Shown piece after piece: positions 1 to 11,522 of a stretch of DNA of 32,000 nucleotides. Under the pieces are notes generated by a model that did no database searches, was not told where the DNA came from, and saw nothing but the letters and a program-made list of their open reading frames with translations. The stretch comes from Candidatus Saccharimonadota bacterium (GTDB taxonomy: Bacteria > Patescibacteriota > Gracilibacteria > BD1-5 > UBA6164), in assembly GCA_963677765.1 (NCBI GenBank), contig OY782392.1:120001-152000 (forward strand). The letters are read 5' to 3'. Numbering within the stretch: position 1 is the first letter of the stretch; the number at the start of each line of letters is the position of its first letter. A program made the translations under genes and the position numbers.

Positions 1-411
1 GCAAAATTTCAAGAATTAGGTGTTGAAATATTAGCAGCTTCTACTGATACTGTTTTTTCTCATAGAGCATGGGTAAAACATGAAAAACTTATGCAAGGTT
101 TCCCTTATAAAATGCTTGCTGATCACAATACTGAAATAGCTGATTTATATAATATATTAGATGAAGAAACTGGTATTGCTGGTAGAGGTACATTTATAAT
201 TGATCCAAAAGGTATAATTAGAGGTATAGAAGTTACTAGTGGACCTTTAGGAAGAAATAGTTCTGAATTAATAAGAAAAATTGAAGCATTACAATTTATG
301 GAAGAAAATCCTGGTACTGCTTGTCCTGCAAAATGGGCAGTATGAGCAAAAACTTTGAAACCATCAATAAAAATTGCTTGAGAAGTAGGTGAAGAATTAG
401 AAAAATAAAAA
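1..411 (+). CDS. ahpC: 2-Cys peroxiredoxin, AhpC/Tsa family (5' end cut by window edge)
   Basis: Frame 1 is open from nt 1. The translation STDTVFSHRAWV...GRGTFIIDPKGIIRGIEVT...PGTACPAKW follows AhpC, including the resolving Cys. Reading TGA at 346 and 382 as Gly extends the ORF to TAA 409-411 and recreates the AhpC tail (CPAKW..G..TL.PS). Confidence 0.9.
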
Positions 412-421
412 ATAAAAAAAT

Positions 422-447
422 AGAGATTTTAAAATCTCTATTTTTTT
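422..447. terminator. bidirectional rho-independent terminator between convergent ahpC and the YtxH-like gene
   Basis: Perfect palindrome agagatttt/aaaatctct (422-439), flanked by an A-run upstream and a T-run (441-447) downstream. Confidence 0.7.
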
Positions 448-926
448 ATGTTCTTAATTTCATTTTTTAAATCATTAAATGAAGTTAATAATTTTTCTTT
501 AAGTTCTTCAACTTTAGCTGGAGCAATTCATTTTAATTCTTCTATTTCTGATAATTTTTCTTTATATAATTCTTCTAATTTTTCAGAAGTTGTATAAATA
601 TAAGATTTACCTTTAACTCTTAATTCTTCAATCAAAATATTTCATTTTTCCTTGTAAGAATCAATTATTTTTATTATTTCTTCTTTGTGTTCATTAAAAA
701 TAGCTTTATTTTTTTCACTAAGTAATTCTTTTTTTAAGTCATCAATCATATTAGCATGAGTATCTACAAAGTTATCCATTATAACCTTAAAACTTCATTT
801 ACCAGACTCTTTAGCTGATTCTAATTCTGTTTTTAATTCTTCAGGTTTTTTCTTTGAGTAAATAGAAGCTACTATTCCCCCAGCTATATATCAAGCTGCT
901 AATAAAAAAATATTTTTTTTAGACAT
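438..926 (-). CDS. small N-terminally membrane-anchored protein, YtxH-like (162 aa)
   Basis: ATG at 926 runs to TAG at 440-438 with TGA read as Gly. The N-terminus MSKKNIFLLAAGYIAGGIVASIYSKKKPEEL (Gly-rich helix, then a charged helical region) resembles the YtxH family. The frame was checked codon by codon at both ends. Confidence 0.6.
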
Positions 927-1005
927 ATCTATATAATTAAAAATTAACTAAAAAAGCATACTTAAAAAAGTCTAGTAGTTTTTAACATAAAATAAAACCT
1001 TCAAC

Positions 1006-1143
1006 TTTGTATAAAGCTTTTTTATGATATAATTAAAATAAGATACAAATAATAATTTGTATATGCTTATTAAAAGCTATATTTGATATTTTGTATTATT
1101 TTTTTATACAAAAAAGCAAAAATAGTCACTAATATTATACAAA
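1006..1143. promoter_or_regulatory. array of six TTTGTAT/ATACAAA heptamers in the ytxH-like/clpC divergent intergenic region (candidate operator cluster)
   Basis: Copies lie at 1006-1012(-), 1043-1049(+), 1056-1062(-), 1090-1096(-), 1106-1112(+) and 1137-1143(+). Copies 2 and 3 form the perfect palindrome atacaaat-aata-atttgtat. Copies 4 and 5 form TTTGTAT-N9-ATACAAA. Copy 6 sits just upstream of a TATAAT at 1148-1153. Confidence 0.45.
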
Positions 1144-1187
1144 ATATTATAATATTTGCAAAAATTAATTATTAACAAAAAAGATAA

Positions 1188-3761
1188 ATGTCATATAACA
1201 ATTTTTCTGAATGATATAGAAAAGTATTAATAAATGCAGAAAATAATGCAAAAGAAGTTTGAATTAAAGAATTAACTATAGAAGATATATTTATAGAAAT
1301 TGTAAAAAATTCTACTTGATGAATAAAAGAGATATTTAATCTATATTGAATTAATGAAAAACTAACTATAGAAATAATAAACAAAGGTATATTCAATGAA
1401 ACAATAGAAAAAAGAAAATGAGTATATTCTTGAATGAATAATAGATTAAAAAATGCAATACTATGAAGTGTCAAAATAGCTGCATCATTTGCAAAAGACA
1501 AAGCATCTATAGAGGATTTTTTACTATCTATTATAGCAAATGATTCTTGGATAAATAGCTTTTTAGATTATATCGGAATAACTCCTAGTGATGTTGAAAA
1601 AAATCTAAGGGAGTTAAATAAACTATGAGCAATTGATTGAGTTAAACCTTGATTCCCTATAGAAGATGATTCTGAAGATATAGAGTTAGAATGAGAAGAA
1701 TCTATAAATAAATTATTATGAGCTTTGACTCAAAATTTATTATGAGAAAATCAAGCTACTCCATTTGATATGAACAAAGAACAAAAATGATCAAAAAATA
1801 GTGATTCTACTACTCCAGCATTAGATTTCTTTTCTACTGATTTAACAAAAGAAGCTAGAGAATGAAAAATAGATAAAATAATATGAAGAGATATAGAAGT
1901 AGAAAGACTTATAGCAATATTAAATAGAAAAACAAAAAATAATCCTGTTTTAGTATGAGAACCTTGAGTTGGTAAAACAGCTATAGCTGAGTGATTAGCA
2001 CTTAGAATTGCAGCTTGAGATGTTCCTTTTTCAATGAAAGAAAAAAAAGTATTATCACTAGATATGTCATCATTAGTAGCAGGTACTAAATACAGATGAG
2101 AGTTTGAATCTAGAATAAAACAAGTTATAGATGAAGCATCTAAAGTAGAAAATGAAATAATTCTTTTTATAGATGAAATCCATACTATGATAGGTGCAGG
2201 TTGATGAGAATGATCACTTGATGCTTCAAATATATTAAAACCTGCAATGGGTAGATGAAAAATAAGAATTATCTGAGCAACTACCTACAACGAATACAAA
2301 AAATATATTGAAAAAGATTCAGCATTAGAAAGAAGATTTCAACAAATTACAGTTAATGAACCAGATAAAAAAACTGCAAAATTAGTTTTAGAATGAATAA
2401 AAGAATCTTTTGAAGAGTATCATAATTTAAATATAAAAGATGATGCTATAGAAGAAGCTATTGAATTATCAACTAGATATATTACTGATAGATATCTACC
2501 TGATAAAGCTATAGATTTGATAGATGAAGCTTGTAGTATAAAATCTATGAAATATAATTTTGATGAAACTGAAACAAAAAAATTAAAAGAGAAGATTGCA
2601 AAAAATAACAAAGATATAGAACAAGCTGTAATAGCTCAACAATATAAAAAAGCTTATAAATTAAAAGAAACTCAATCAGAATTAGAAAAAAAGATACAAG
2701 ATTTAAAACAAAAATTTCAAGTACCAAAAGAAAAAAGAATGAATGTTGATGCTAATGATGTACAAAAAATACTTAGTATAGCTACTTGAATACCTGTTTC
2801 TAATTTATCAAAAAATGAAACTCAAAAATTAAAAGATTTAAAGAAAAATATAAAATCTGAAATTATATGACAAGACAAAGCTATTGATGCTATAATAAAA
2901 TCAATAATGAGAAGTAAAGCAGGTATTTGAAATCCTAATAGACCTCTTTGAAGTTTCTTGTTTTTATGACCTACTTGAGTTGGTAAAACTGAGTTAGTAA
3001 AAGTATTAGCAAAATATTTTTATGATGATAAAGATGCTTTGATAAAGATAGACATGAGTGAATTTTCAGATAAGACATCTGTAAATAAACTTATTGGTTC
3101 TAGTGCTTGATATGTATGATATGAAGAATGATGATTACTTACTGAAAAAGTAAGAAAAAAACCATATAGTGTATTACTTTTTGATGAAATAGAAAAATGA
3201 GATTTTGAAGTTTATAATTTATTATTACAAATTTTAGAAGAATGAGTTCTAACAGATAATAAATGAAAAAAAATAAATTTCAAAAATACAATTATAATAA
3301 TGACAAGTAATATAGGACAAGAAGAATTCACAAATAAAGCTTCTACTATATGATTTGATATAGAAAAAAAAGAAGAAGAAAAGGTAATGGCTGATTATGA
3401 AAAAGCTGCTGAAAATATAAAAAATAACCTTACTGATTATTTTTCTCCTGAATTTATAAATAGAATAGATAAAATTCTTATATTTAATCCTCTAGATAAA
3501 AATCAAATAAAGAAAATAATTACTTTATGATTAAAAGATTTAGAAAATAGACTAGAAAAGAAATGATTAAAAATAAATTATGATAATAAAGTAATTAATT
3601 TTATTACAAAAGATGTTTATAATCCAGACTTTTGAGCAAGAGAAGTAAGAAGATACTTAGTTGATAAAATAGAAGATTTAATAGCTGAAAAAATAATTTC
3701 AGGTAAAAAACAAGATGAATTTACTATTGAAACTGAAAAAGAAAATTTACTTATAAAATAA
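1188..3761 (+). CDS. clpC: ATP-dependent Clp protease ATP-binding subunit ClpC (two-AAA+ class, 857 aa)
   Basis: ATG 1188 to TAA 3759-3761 is open only if TGA is a sense codon. It has a Clp N-domain repeat and Walker A motifs GEPGVGKT (1956-1979) and GPTGVGKT (2967-2990). It also has a short UVR-like middle motif ([18 protein letters not shown]), GYVGYEEGG, and an IGF ClpP-docking tripeptide. The short middle domain favours ClpC over ClpB. Confidence 0.92.
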
Positions 3762-3769
3762 GTACAAAA

Positions 3770-3794
3770 AAAGACTAGAAAATAGTCTTTTTTT
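3770..3794 (+). terminator. rho-independent terminator of clpC
   Basis: Stem aaagacta/tagtcttt with loop gaaaa, followed by a T-run to 3794. Confidence 0.75.
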
Positions 3795-3796
3795 GT

Positions 3797-3824
3797 TTGT
3801 AAAAGAGCATTTTTTTGATATAAT
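3797..3824 (+). promoter_or_regulatory. sigma70-like promoter for the secreted-protein pair
   Basis: TTGTAA (3797-3802), a 16-nt spacer ending in TG (extended -10), then TATAAT (3819-3824), about 30 nt upstream of ATG 3855. Confidence 0.5.
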
Positions 3825-3854
3825 ATTTTTATTAAATATAAATTAATCTTAAAT

Positions 3855-5468
3855 ATGAAAAAAAATTTCATAATTTTTTTAATCATATGAATTTCCCTTT
3901 TATGGCAAAATAATAGTTTTGCTTTTGTTTTGGACTTTAATAGTTCATGATTTTATTCAAACATATCAGAAAATATAGATTTTCTAGAGTGAAATATATA
4001 TACTATAGATTTAGAATGAAGTAATTGAACTAGACAAAAAATTAATGATTATTCAGGAATAAATTGTTTAAATGATGATTTAAATGAAAATGAAATAAGA
4101 GATATAGTTATAAATTGAAACATAGGCTTTATAACTACAAAAATAAGCGAATCATGTAAAGATGAAGAATGAAGAATAAGTGTTGGGGATACAAATAAAT
4201 TACTATCATCAATATCAAAATTTCATAATGAAACAGTTGAAAAATCTAGAGAAAAAACTAGACAATTAATAAATTTATGATCAACTTGAATATATACAGA
4301 TTGACTTGATGAAAATTCCCCTTTTGATTTAATAAAGGATTTAGAAAAAATTGATTCAATTATATTTTCTGAGCCAAGTACAGTTTATGAATGAAATGAA
4401 TTTATAGATATATTTTCAGATATAGAAGAAAAAGCTCAAGATATAAAACAAAATTTATCAGTTAATAGTAATAATCTAAATAGTATAGATAATTATTCTT
4501 ATGATAATAATGAAAATTCTCTTCCAGAGTGAGTATATCCTATATTAAATAGTGATTGAGTACCTATTTTTAGTAAAAATCATTGTACAATAACATCATG
4601 AGATTCTTGATTAAGTACAAACACAATAATAAACGTAAAGAATAATATAAATAATGAATGAGTAGATAATAATCCAAGTAATCCAAACGATAATAATAAT
4701 CAACAAAATGATAACAATAATAACGAATTAGAAAATAATAATGATGAATGAGAAAATTATTCATGAAATTATTCAAAAATAAATGATAACAGTCAATTCC
4801 CTTGTGATTCAATTTTTTGTATAGATATTGAATTTATAACTTATCAACATAATCTTCTATGATGATGATTTCAAGATATAACTATTGAGTATCTACTAAA
4901 TAGATCAAATGAGCATCTAAAAAAATTTGCAGCAACATCGCTTGTACAATCAAAAATGAGTTTAAATAATTTCGAACTTTGATTAAAAGATTTAAATCTT
5001 CCAGATATATTCCATTTATGATTTCAAGTTAGCACAAAACCTGTACCTATACTTGAACTAGTTCCTGAAGAAAAAGCAAATGAAGATTCTTGAATTTTTG
5101 AATCAGAAAATATGTTAAAGTTTTATTATGAAAGTTATTGATTAGATTATAACAGAAGAAATGATTTATCTTTGATAACTCAAATAGAGAGAGATAAACA
5201 ATCTTGACTGAATTCTCAGTTATCACCCATATCAACATTTACAAACAATATATGATGAATAAGTGATTATATGGATCAAAGACTTAAACAAAGAGAAACA
5301 ATGAGAATGGCAGTTGAAAATTTAACTCAATGATGAAATATAAGTAATTTTGAAACGCAGCTAAAAGAAATATCTACATTTAATAAATCTATAAATGATT
5401 ATGTAAATAATCTAGCTGCAATAATAAAAAATATGAATAAAATACCTCAAGATACCTGAACAAATTAA
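3855..5468 (+). CDS. secreted hypothetical protein (537 aa) with an Asn/Asp-rich low-complexity insert
   Basis: The full ORF was hand-checked under code 25 (ATG 3855 to TAA 5466-5468). It has a signal-peptide-like N-terminus MKKNFIIFLIIGISLLWQNNSFAF. I recognise no family. Confidence 0.8.
4639..4795 (+). repeat. Asn/Asp/Gln-rich low-complexity coding tract inside the 3855-5468 gene
   Basis: It translates as NNINNEGVDNNPSNPNDNNNQQNDNNNNELENNNDEGENYSGNYSKINDNSQ. It is compositional, not strictly periodic. Confidence 0.6.
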
Positions 5469-5470
5469 AA

Positions 5471-6784
5471 ATGAAAAATAAACTAATAACATTTTTTGTA
5501 ATATTTATTAGCATAAGTTTAAATACAACTTATGCTAATAATGGTGCTTGTAAAATAAAAGATTCTACTAATCAAAATATTATTGACTATATAGATAATA
5601 ATAGAAAAATAATAAAACTTATAACAGATGAAATAATATCAGGTTCATCAAATAAAGAAGAAAGATCTATAAAAAATAATTTAAAGAAAAATTACGAACA
5701 AATAAGAGGTCCTATATTAAGAATATACAATGAATCCTTTGATTTTTCTTGATATTATTCATATTTTAGGTACTATGCTGTTTACCCTATCTCAAATGAA
5801 GTACCATATGAAGTAAAAAGAGACTATAATATACTTGAAAAAGAATCTGAAGGTATAAAAATGATTATAGAAAAAGTAGCCGAGAGATGATTATCTAATA
5901 CAACTATTGCAGATGCATGTAAAAATATATGAGATGATTTTGTATGTAATATAGAAAATAATATAAATGTAGAAAAATTATTATCTATATTATTAAAAAA
6001 TAATACTAGAATTTTAGACTTATATAGAAATGTTGTTATCTGAGAATGAGCAAAAGATTATAATGATTTGATTTTAGTATCAAAAGATTTTGTAAAAATT
6101 ATAGAAACAAATTATAATCCAATTTCAAATGCAGAATGTAGTAAAGAATGATGATTTTTTGAAAGAATATCTAAAGCAATTCAAAATATATGAACACTTA
6201 ATAAAGAATGAAGAGACTGAGTTCAAAAATGGAAGGATGCTGTAGATTTATTATTACAAAAAGATATGAGTGATGAAGAATATCAAAAAATAGAAAAAGA
6301 ATTGTTAAGAAAAGAATTATCTAGACAATGAATTTCTTGAGATAGTCAACAAAATATGCTTGATGCTCTTGATAAATTCAATAAAAATAACTGAATGTCT
6401 TTGGATAATAATTTTTTGTATAATACTTTTAATAATACTTGGCAAAAATTAGAAAAAGAATTTAAACAATTTAATAAAGAAATTATTTGAGATTTCTTTG
6501 ATAAAAAAGATACTCCTGAAATTAGTATTTGAAATACAAATCTTGCAAAAAAGAATAGCCAAATAACAGCAGATGTAGAATACAGAATAAAAGAATTAAA
6601 TGAACAATTAAAAAACTTCGAATCTATTTCAGAATTTGATACTAATAATGTTGTATCAAAAATTATAGATATTCATATAGAGATAGCGAACTCCACAGAA
6701 GTATTACAAGATAGTTGTAAAGTAGCGGTACAAGTATGTGAAAAACAAGACGCTTCAAGATGAAACTGTTGAAAATGTAATTAA
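5471..6784 (+). CDS. secreted, mostly helical Cys-containing hypothetical protein (437 aa)
   Basis: ATG 5471 lies 2 nt after the previous stop, and TAA is at 6782-6784. The frame was checked line by line under code 25. It has a signal peptide MKNKLITFFVIFISISLNTTYA and a C-terminal Cys cluster CKVAVQVCEKQDASRGNCGKCN. Confidence 0.8.
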
Positions 6785-6810
6785 AATTAAATAATAACCT
6801 AAAAAAATTA

Positions 6811-7554
6811 ATGTTATCGAAAAGAGAAATTGAAATAATGAGACAAAATGCTAAAATACACAAAAAAGTTTTTGATGAAATAAGAAAAACTATAAAAGAA
6901 TGAGTAAGTGCTGTTGAAATAGATCAATTATGTTGAGATATAGCAAGAAAACATAATGTATTATGTGGTTTTAGATGAGTATATGGTTTTCCAAACAATA
7001 TATGTATAAGTGTAAATGACGAAGTTGTTCATTGAACTGCTAGAGAATGATTAATATTTAAAGATTGAGATTTAGTTACATTTGATTTTTGAATAAAAGA
7101 TAAACAAGTATGAATAAATACAGATGCTGCAATATCATTGATAGTATGATGAGATGATAAAAATCCAAAATGAGCTAGACTTATAGAAGCTAACAAAAAA
7201 GCATTATATGCTGGTATTGCAAAAGCTAAAGTATGAAATACAACATGAGATATATGACATGCTATAGAAACTGAGATAAAAAAATATGGATATAAAGTTA
7301 TAAAAGACCTAACATGACATGCTATTTGAAAAAAACTTCATGAAAAACCTTATATATATAATTTTTGAACTCCTGGAACTTGAACAAAATTAAAAGCATG
7401 AATGACTTTAGCAATAGAACCTATACTATGAGAAACTAGTTGAGAAATTGTTGATGAATGAGGATGGGAAATTTATACAAAAGACTGATGATTAGGTAGT
7501 CAATATGAACATACAATATTAATAACTGATTGAGAACCAGAAATAATAATATAA
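6811..7554 (+). CDS. map: type I methionine aminopeptidase (247 aa)
   Basis: The translation contains GFPNNICISVNDEVVHG, DLVTFDFG, TGHAIG, LAIEP and YEHTILIT. This is the MetAP-I metal-ligand pattern. Several conserved Gly are encoded by TGA. Confidence 0.9.
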
Positions 7555-7581
7555 AAACTGAAATAAAAATTCAGTTTTTTT
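7553..7581 (+). terminator. rho-independent terminator of map
   Basis: Stem aaaaactgaa/ttcagttttt with loop ataaaaa, followed by a T-run. Confidence 0.75.
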
Positions 7582-7638
7582 ATTTGATAAAAATACTAAT
7601 AAATATAAAATATAATAAGTAAAAATAAAAATATAAAT

Positions 7639-8559
7639 ATGTTACTAAAAGAAGCTCATAATAAGTTTTTAAATTACTTAGAAGTAATAAAAAATAAATC
7701 TCCTAGAACAGTAGAACAATATGATAGGCATTTAAATAAATTTAATGAATACATAAAAGAAAAAATAAATAATAATGAAAAATTCAAAGTAGAAGATATT
7801 AGTTTAGATATAGTAGAATGATTTAGAAGTTATTTATATGAAAAAAGAAGAAATATATCTATAAAAACTGCTAACGCATATATGATAACTATAAGAAGTT
7901 TTCTAAAATTTCTTGAAAGGAAATGACATAAAAGTTTATCAGCTACTTCAATAGATTTGATAAAAGCAGAAGAAAGACATGTTGAATTTTTAACACCAGA
8001 AGAACTTGAAAGATTATTTAATGCTCCAAATAAAAATAATATAACTTGATTAAGAGATCTAGCTATAATGGAATGCATATATTCTACTTGACTTAGAATA
8101 TCTGAATTAACAAGTTTAAATAAAAAAGATATAAATTTAAAAAGAAAAGAATTTGCTGTTAGATGAAAATGAAGAAAAGTAAGAGTAGTTTATCTAACAA
8201 AAAAATCTGCTGATTTAATAAATCAATACTTAGAAGCTAGAAATGATAATCTATCACCTCTTTTTATAAGACATAATATAAAAAAAGAAAATATTTTATG
8301 ATATGATGATGAAAAATTAAGACTATCGAGATTTTTTATAACTACTATGATAAAAAAATATGCTTTAAAAGCATTTATCCTAAAAGATATTTCAGCACAT
8401 ACTCTAAGACATAGTTTTGCAACAACTTTACTTAGTAATTGAGCTGATCTAAGAGCAATACAAGAAATGCTATGACATGCAAGTATAACTACTACTCAAG
8501 TATACACTCACGTAACAAACAAAAAATTAAAAGATGTGCATAATAAATTTTTTAAATAA
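7639..8559 (+). CDS. tyrosine site-specific recombinase, XerC/XerD family (306 aa)
   Basis: It has an N-terminal SAM-like core-binding domain. The catalytic pattern is GLRISEL (Arg), HTLRHSFAT (HxxR) and GHASITTTQVYTH (His and Tyr). C versus D cannot be decided from sequence. Confidence 0.88.
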
Positions 8560-8594
8560 AAAAGAATTAACTTAAAAATTAATTCTTTTTTTTT
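8560..8594. terminator. bidirectional terminator between convergent xer and the HAD gene
   Basis: An 11-bp stem aaaagaattaa/ttaattctttt with loop cttaaaaa, flanked by A- and T-runs. Confidence 0.75.
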
Positions 8595-8599
8595 ATTTT

Positions 8600-9529
8600 T
8601 TATATAAATTTTATATTATTTTTATCTATCTCAAATATAGAATCTTTTCTCTCAAAAACCAAATGATAATTTATTCAATCAATAGAAAAATTATCAAAAT
8701 TATCAATAACTTTTCTTTCTGGATTAACAAAATAAAATTCATTTCATTTATCTAATGCATAACTAATTCAAAAGTCACTTGAAGTATCTCACATTCATCA
8801 TAGTGTTTTAATTATTATATTTTTATCTTTTAATATTGTTATGAATTCTTTTTTATGTTCTCTTCACCATAATGGAGTATATTCAAGAGAGTTTAAAAAA
8901 ACATTCGATCAGAATCAAAATACATTATTTGAATATGATTCTCATATATTTTTTGAAATATATTGTTTTAATAAATCCAAATAAACATCAAAAACAAAAC
9001 TTGGAGCTCATGAAACAAATAAAAAATTTCATCAAGACAAAAGTATTTCTTTTATTTTACTAACAGAAAATCTAAAAGGAGTTATTTTTTCTTTAGTTCT
9101 AAAGCTATAAATCAAAAAATTTATATATGAATTCCAATCAATTAAATCCTTATGTTTTAATAATAGATAAATACCAGCATTTAAATACTCAAAATACTCT
9201 ATTTCTTTATTATATGCTTTTTTTTCAAGCTTTGTAAAAAACTCTAAATCTTTTAAAAAAAGATAATAATTATCAAGATTAAGTTCCAAATAATTTTGTT
9301 TTTTCAAATACTTAACAAAAGCAGTAACTGCTTCTTTTTGTAAAACTCACCTAAAAAAAGTACCATCTAAATCAGAAATAAAATAATTTCAAGAATGCAT
9401 TAAAGACATTTTTTTCAAATAATAACTTTGATTAAGATAATCTGTTCTAAAATTTATTCATAAATGTTCAAGTATATCTTTATCATTGTTATCTTGTTTA
9501 AGATAATCCAGTACTTTTTCTAAATTCAT
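8600..9529 (-). CDS. HAD-superfamily hydrolase, subfamily IB-like (309 aa)
   Basis: ATG at 9529 to TAA at 8602-8600, with the frame checked line by line. HAD motif I is SDLDGTFF, motif II is FVSGAP, and motifs III/IV are GDTSSD. Confidence 0.75.
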
Positions 9530-9645
9530 AAACAAAAGTTATAATATTAATAAGTCTATTATAACTAATAAAATAATGTTTTAAAGTTTATTTTTATGTT
9601 TTTTTAAATATAATTTTAAAGATTATTAAATAATTAAAATTTAAA

Positions 9646-10170
9646 ATGAAATTGATAGTATGATTAGGTAATCCTTGAGACAAATACAAGCAAACAAGAC
9701 ATAATATATGATTTATGTTTTTAGATTATTTAAAACAAAAAGAAAAATTTAATGAATTTAATTTTGAATCAAAGTTTAAATGAGAAATAAGCTCTTGAAT
9801 TTTAAATTGAGAAAAAACTATATTATTAAAACCTCAAACATTTATGAATCTTAGTTGAGAATCAATAAAAAAAGTATTTGATTTTTATAAATTAAGTATA
9901 GATGATTTAATAATTATATATGATGATATGAGTATGGATTTTTGAAAACTTAGATATAGAGAAAACTGAAGTGCCTGATGACATAACTGAATAAAAGATA
10001 TAATAAGATTATTTTGACAAGATTTTAAAAGAATAAAAATATGAATTTGATATGATCAAAAATATGAAGTTAGTGATTGGGTTTTATCAAAATTTATTGA
10101 AGAAGAATTAATAGATTTGGAAAACGAAATATTTAAAAAAACAAAAATTTTACTTGATGAAAAAAATTAA
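9646..10170 (+). CDS. pth: peptidyl-tRNA hydrolase (174 aa)
   Basis: The translation [23 protein letters not shown]...GSAGGHNGIKDI is the canonical Pth signature. Its Gly residues are encoded by TGA. Confidence 0.92.
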
Positions 10171-10171
10171 A

Positions 10172-11500
10172 ATGAAAAAAATATATATAATAGGAATATG
10201 ATGAATTTGAATATCGGCAATTGCTAGATATTATAATCAAAACTGATATGAAGTTTATTGAAGTGACTCTTATGATTCAGAACTTATTCAAAATTTAAAA
10301 AATGAATGAATAGATATAATAATATGAAATATACCAGAAAGGATAGATAATAATTTTGAAAAAGTTATTTATACTGAAGCAATAAGAGAGGATAACAAAG
10401 AATTAGTCAAAGCAAAAAATTTATGAATAAAAACAATTAGTTATCCTGAATCAGTTGCAGAAATTGCAAATCAAAAAAAACTAGTAGCAATATGTTGAAC
10501 ACATGGAAAATCAACAACAACATCAATGGCATCAATCTTATTAAAAAATTCAGATGAAAATTTTACTTCAATAGTTTGAACTATATTAAAAGAATTTGAT
10601 AGTAAAAATTTTTATCATAGAAATAAAATAAAAAATAATGATGAATATTTTTTATTAGAAGCTTGTGAATATAAAAGAAGTTTTTTAAAATATGAACCAA
10701 GTGTTGTTATAATAACAAATATAGAAATAGATCATTTAGATTATTATAAAAATCTTGAAGACTATATAAATGCATATAGACAATTAATAGACAATATGAA
10801 ATCATGATGATTTGTTATATTAAATTGACAAGAAAATAATTCTAGACAATTAATATGATACAGAAATGATGTCAACTATATAATAGTAGACAATGATAAA
10901 TATACTTATAATTGACAAGAATTCATAATACCAGAATTAGACATAAAAATACCTGGTAGACATATATATTATGATGCTAGTCTAGTTTATATACTAGGGG
11001 AAATGTTATGAATAAAAAAATCTAATATATTAAAATCATTGTCTATGTACAATTGAGTATGGAGAAGAATGGAAGAAGTTTGACAAACTAAAAACGGCAA
11101 TATAATACTTAGTGATTACTGACATCATCCTACTGAAATAATTCTTACACTAGAATCTATAAAAGAAAAATATAAAGACAAAAAAATAGTAACTGTCTAT
11201 CAACCTCATCAATATAATAGAACTATAGAATTATTAGATTGATTTAAAAATGTATTTAAAAAAAGTGATATCTTAATTGTTCCAAATATTTATGAATCTA
11301 GAGATAGTGAAGATGATAAAAAAAATATGAACACAGAAATATTTTTAGAAAACATAAATCATACAAATAAAATAAACTGAAATTGATTAGATAATACATT
11401 TAAAATAATTGAAAAATTTGATAATGAAAATAAAAATTTATTAATTGTTTTAATGTGAGCATGAGATGTTGATAATTTGAGATATAAATTAAAAGTATAA
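10172..11500 (+). CDS. murC: UDP-N-acetylmuramate--L-alanine ligase (442 aa)
   Basis: It starts 1 nt after the pth stop. It has IGIGGIGISAIA (Rossmann fold), the [12 protein letters not shown]-loop (TGA at 10496-10498 is the first Gly), [10 protein letters not shown] and DYGHHPTE. Confidence 0.9.
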
Positions 11501-11522
11501 AAATAATATTAAATTTAAAAAA

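Noticed and set aside
927-1187. 260-bp intergenic region examined for a tRNA or small RNA gene
   Set aside because: It is almost pure A/T, with no GC-rich stems or tRNA-like cloverleaf elements. Promoter and operator DNA explains it better (see the heptamer array).
1172-1501. 109-aa minus-strand ORF from the supplied track overlapping the 5' end of clpC
   Set aside because: It is antisense to a ClpC N-domain that reads cleanly on the plus strand under code 25. Its Ile/Phe/Ser-rich translation is typical of antisense AT-rich coding DNA.
4639-4795. AAT/GAT-rich stretch as a possible tandem repeat or CRISPR-like array
   Set aside because: There is no fixed period or repeat-spacer structure. 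It is in frame inside a verified ORF and simply encodes an Asn/Asp-rich low-complexity linker.
7639-8559. Tyrosine recombinase as a marker of an integrated mobile element or prophage
   Set aside because: It is flanked by map and a HAD hydrolase, each with its own terminator. I see no flanking direct repeats, no tRNA target and no phage or transposon genes. The domain pattern fits a chromosomal XerC/D dimer-resolution enzyme.
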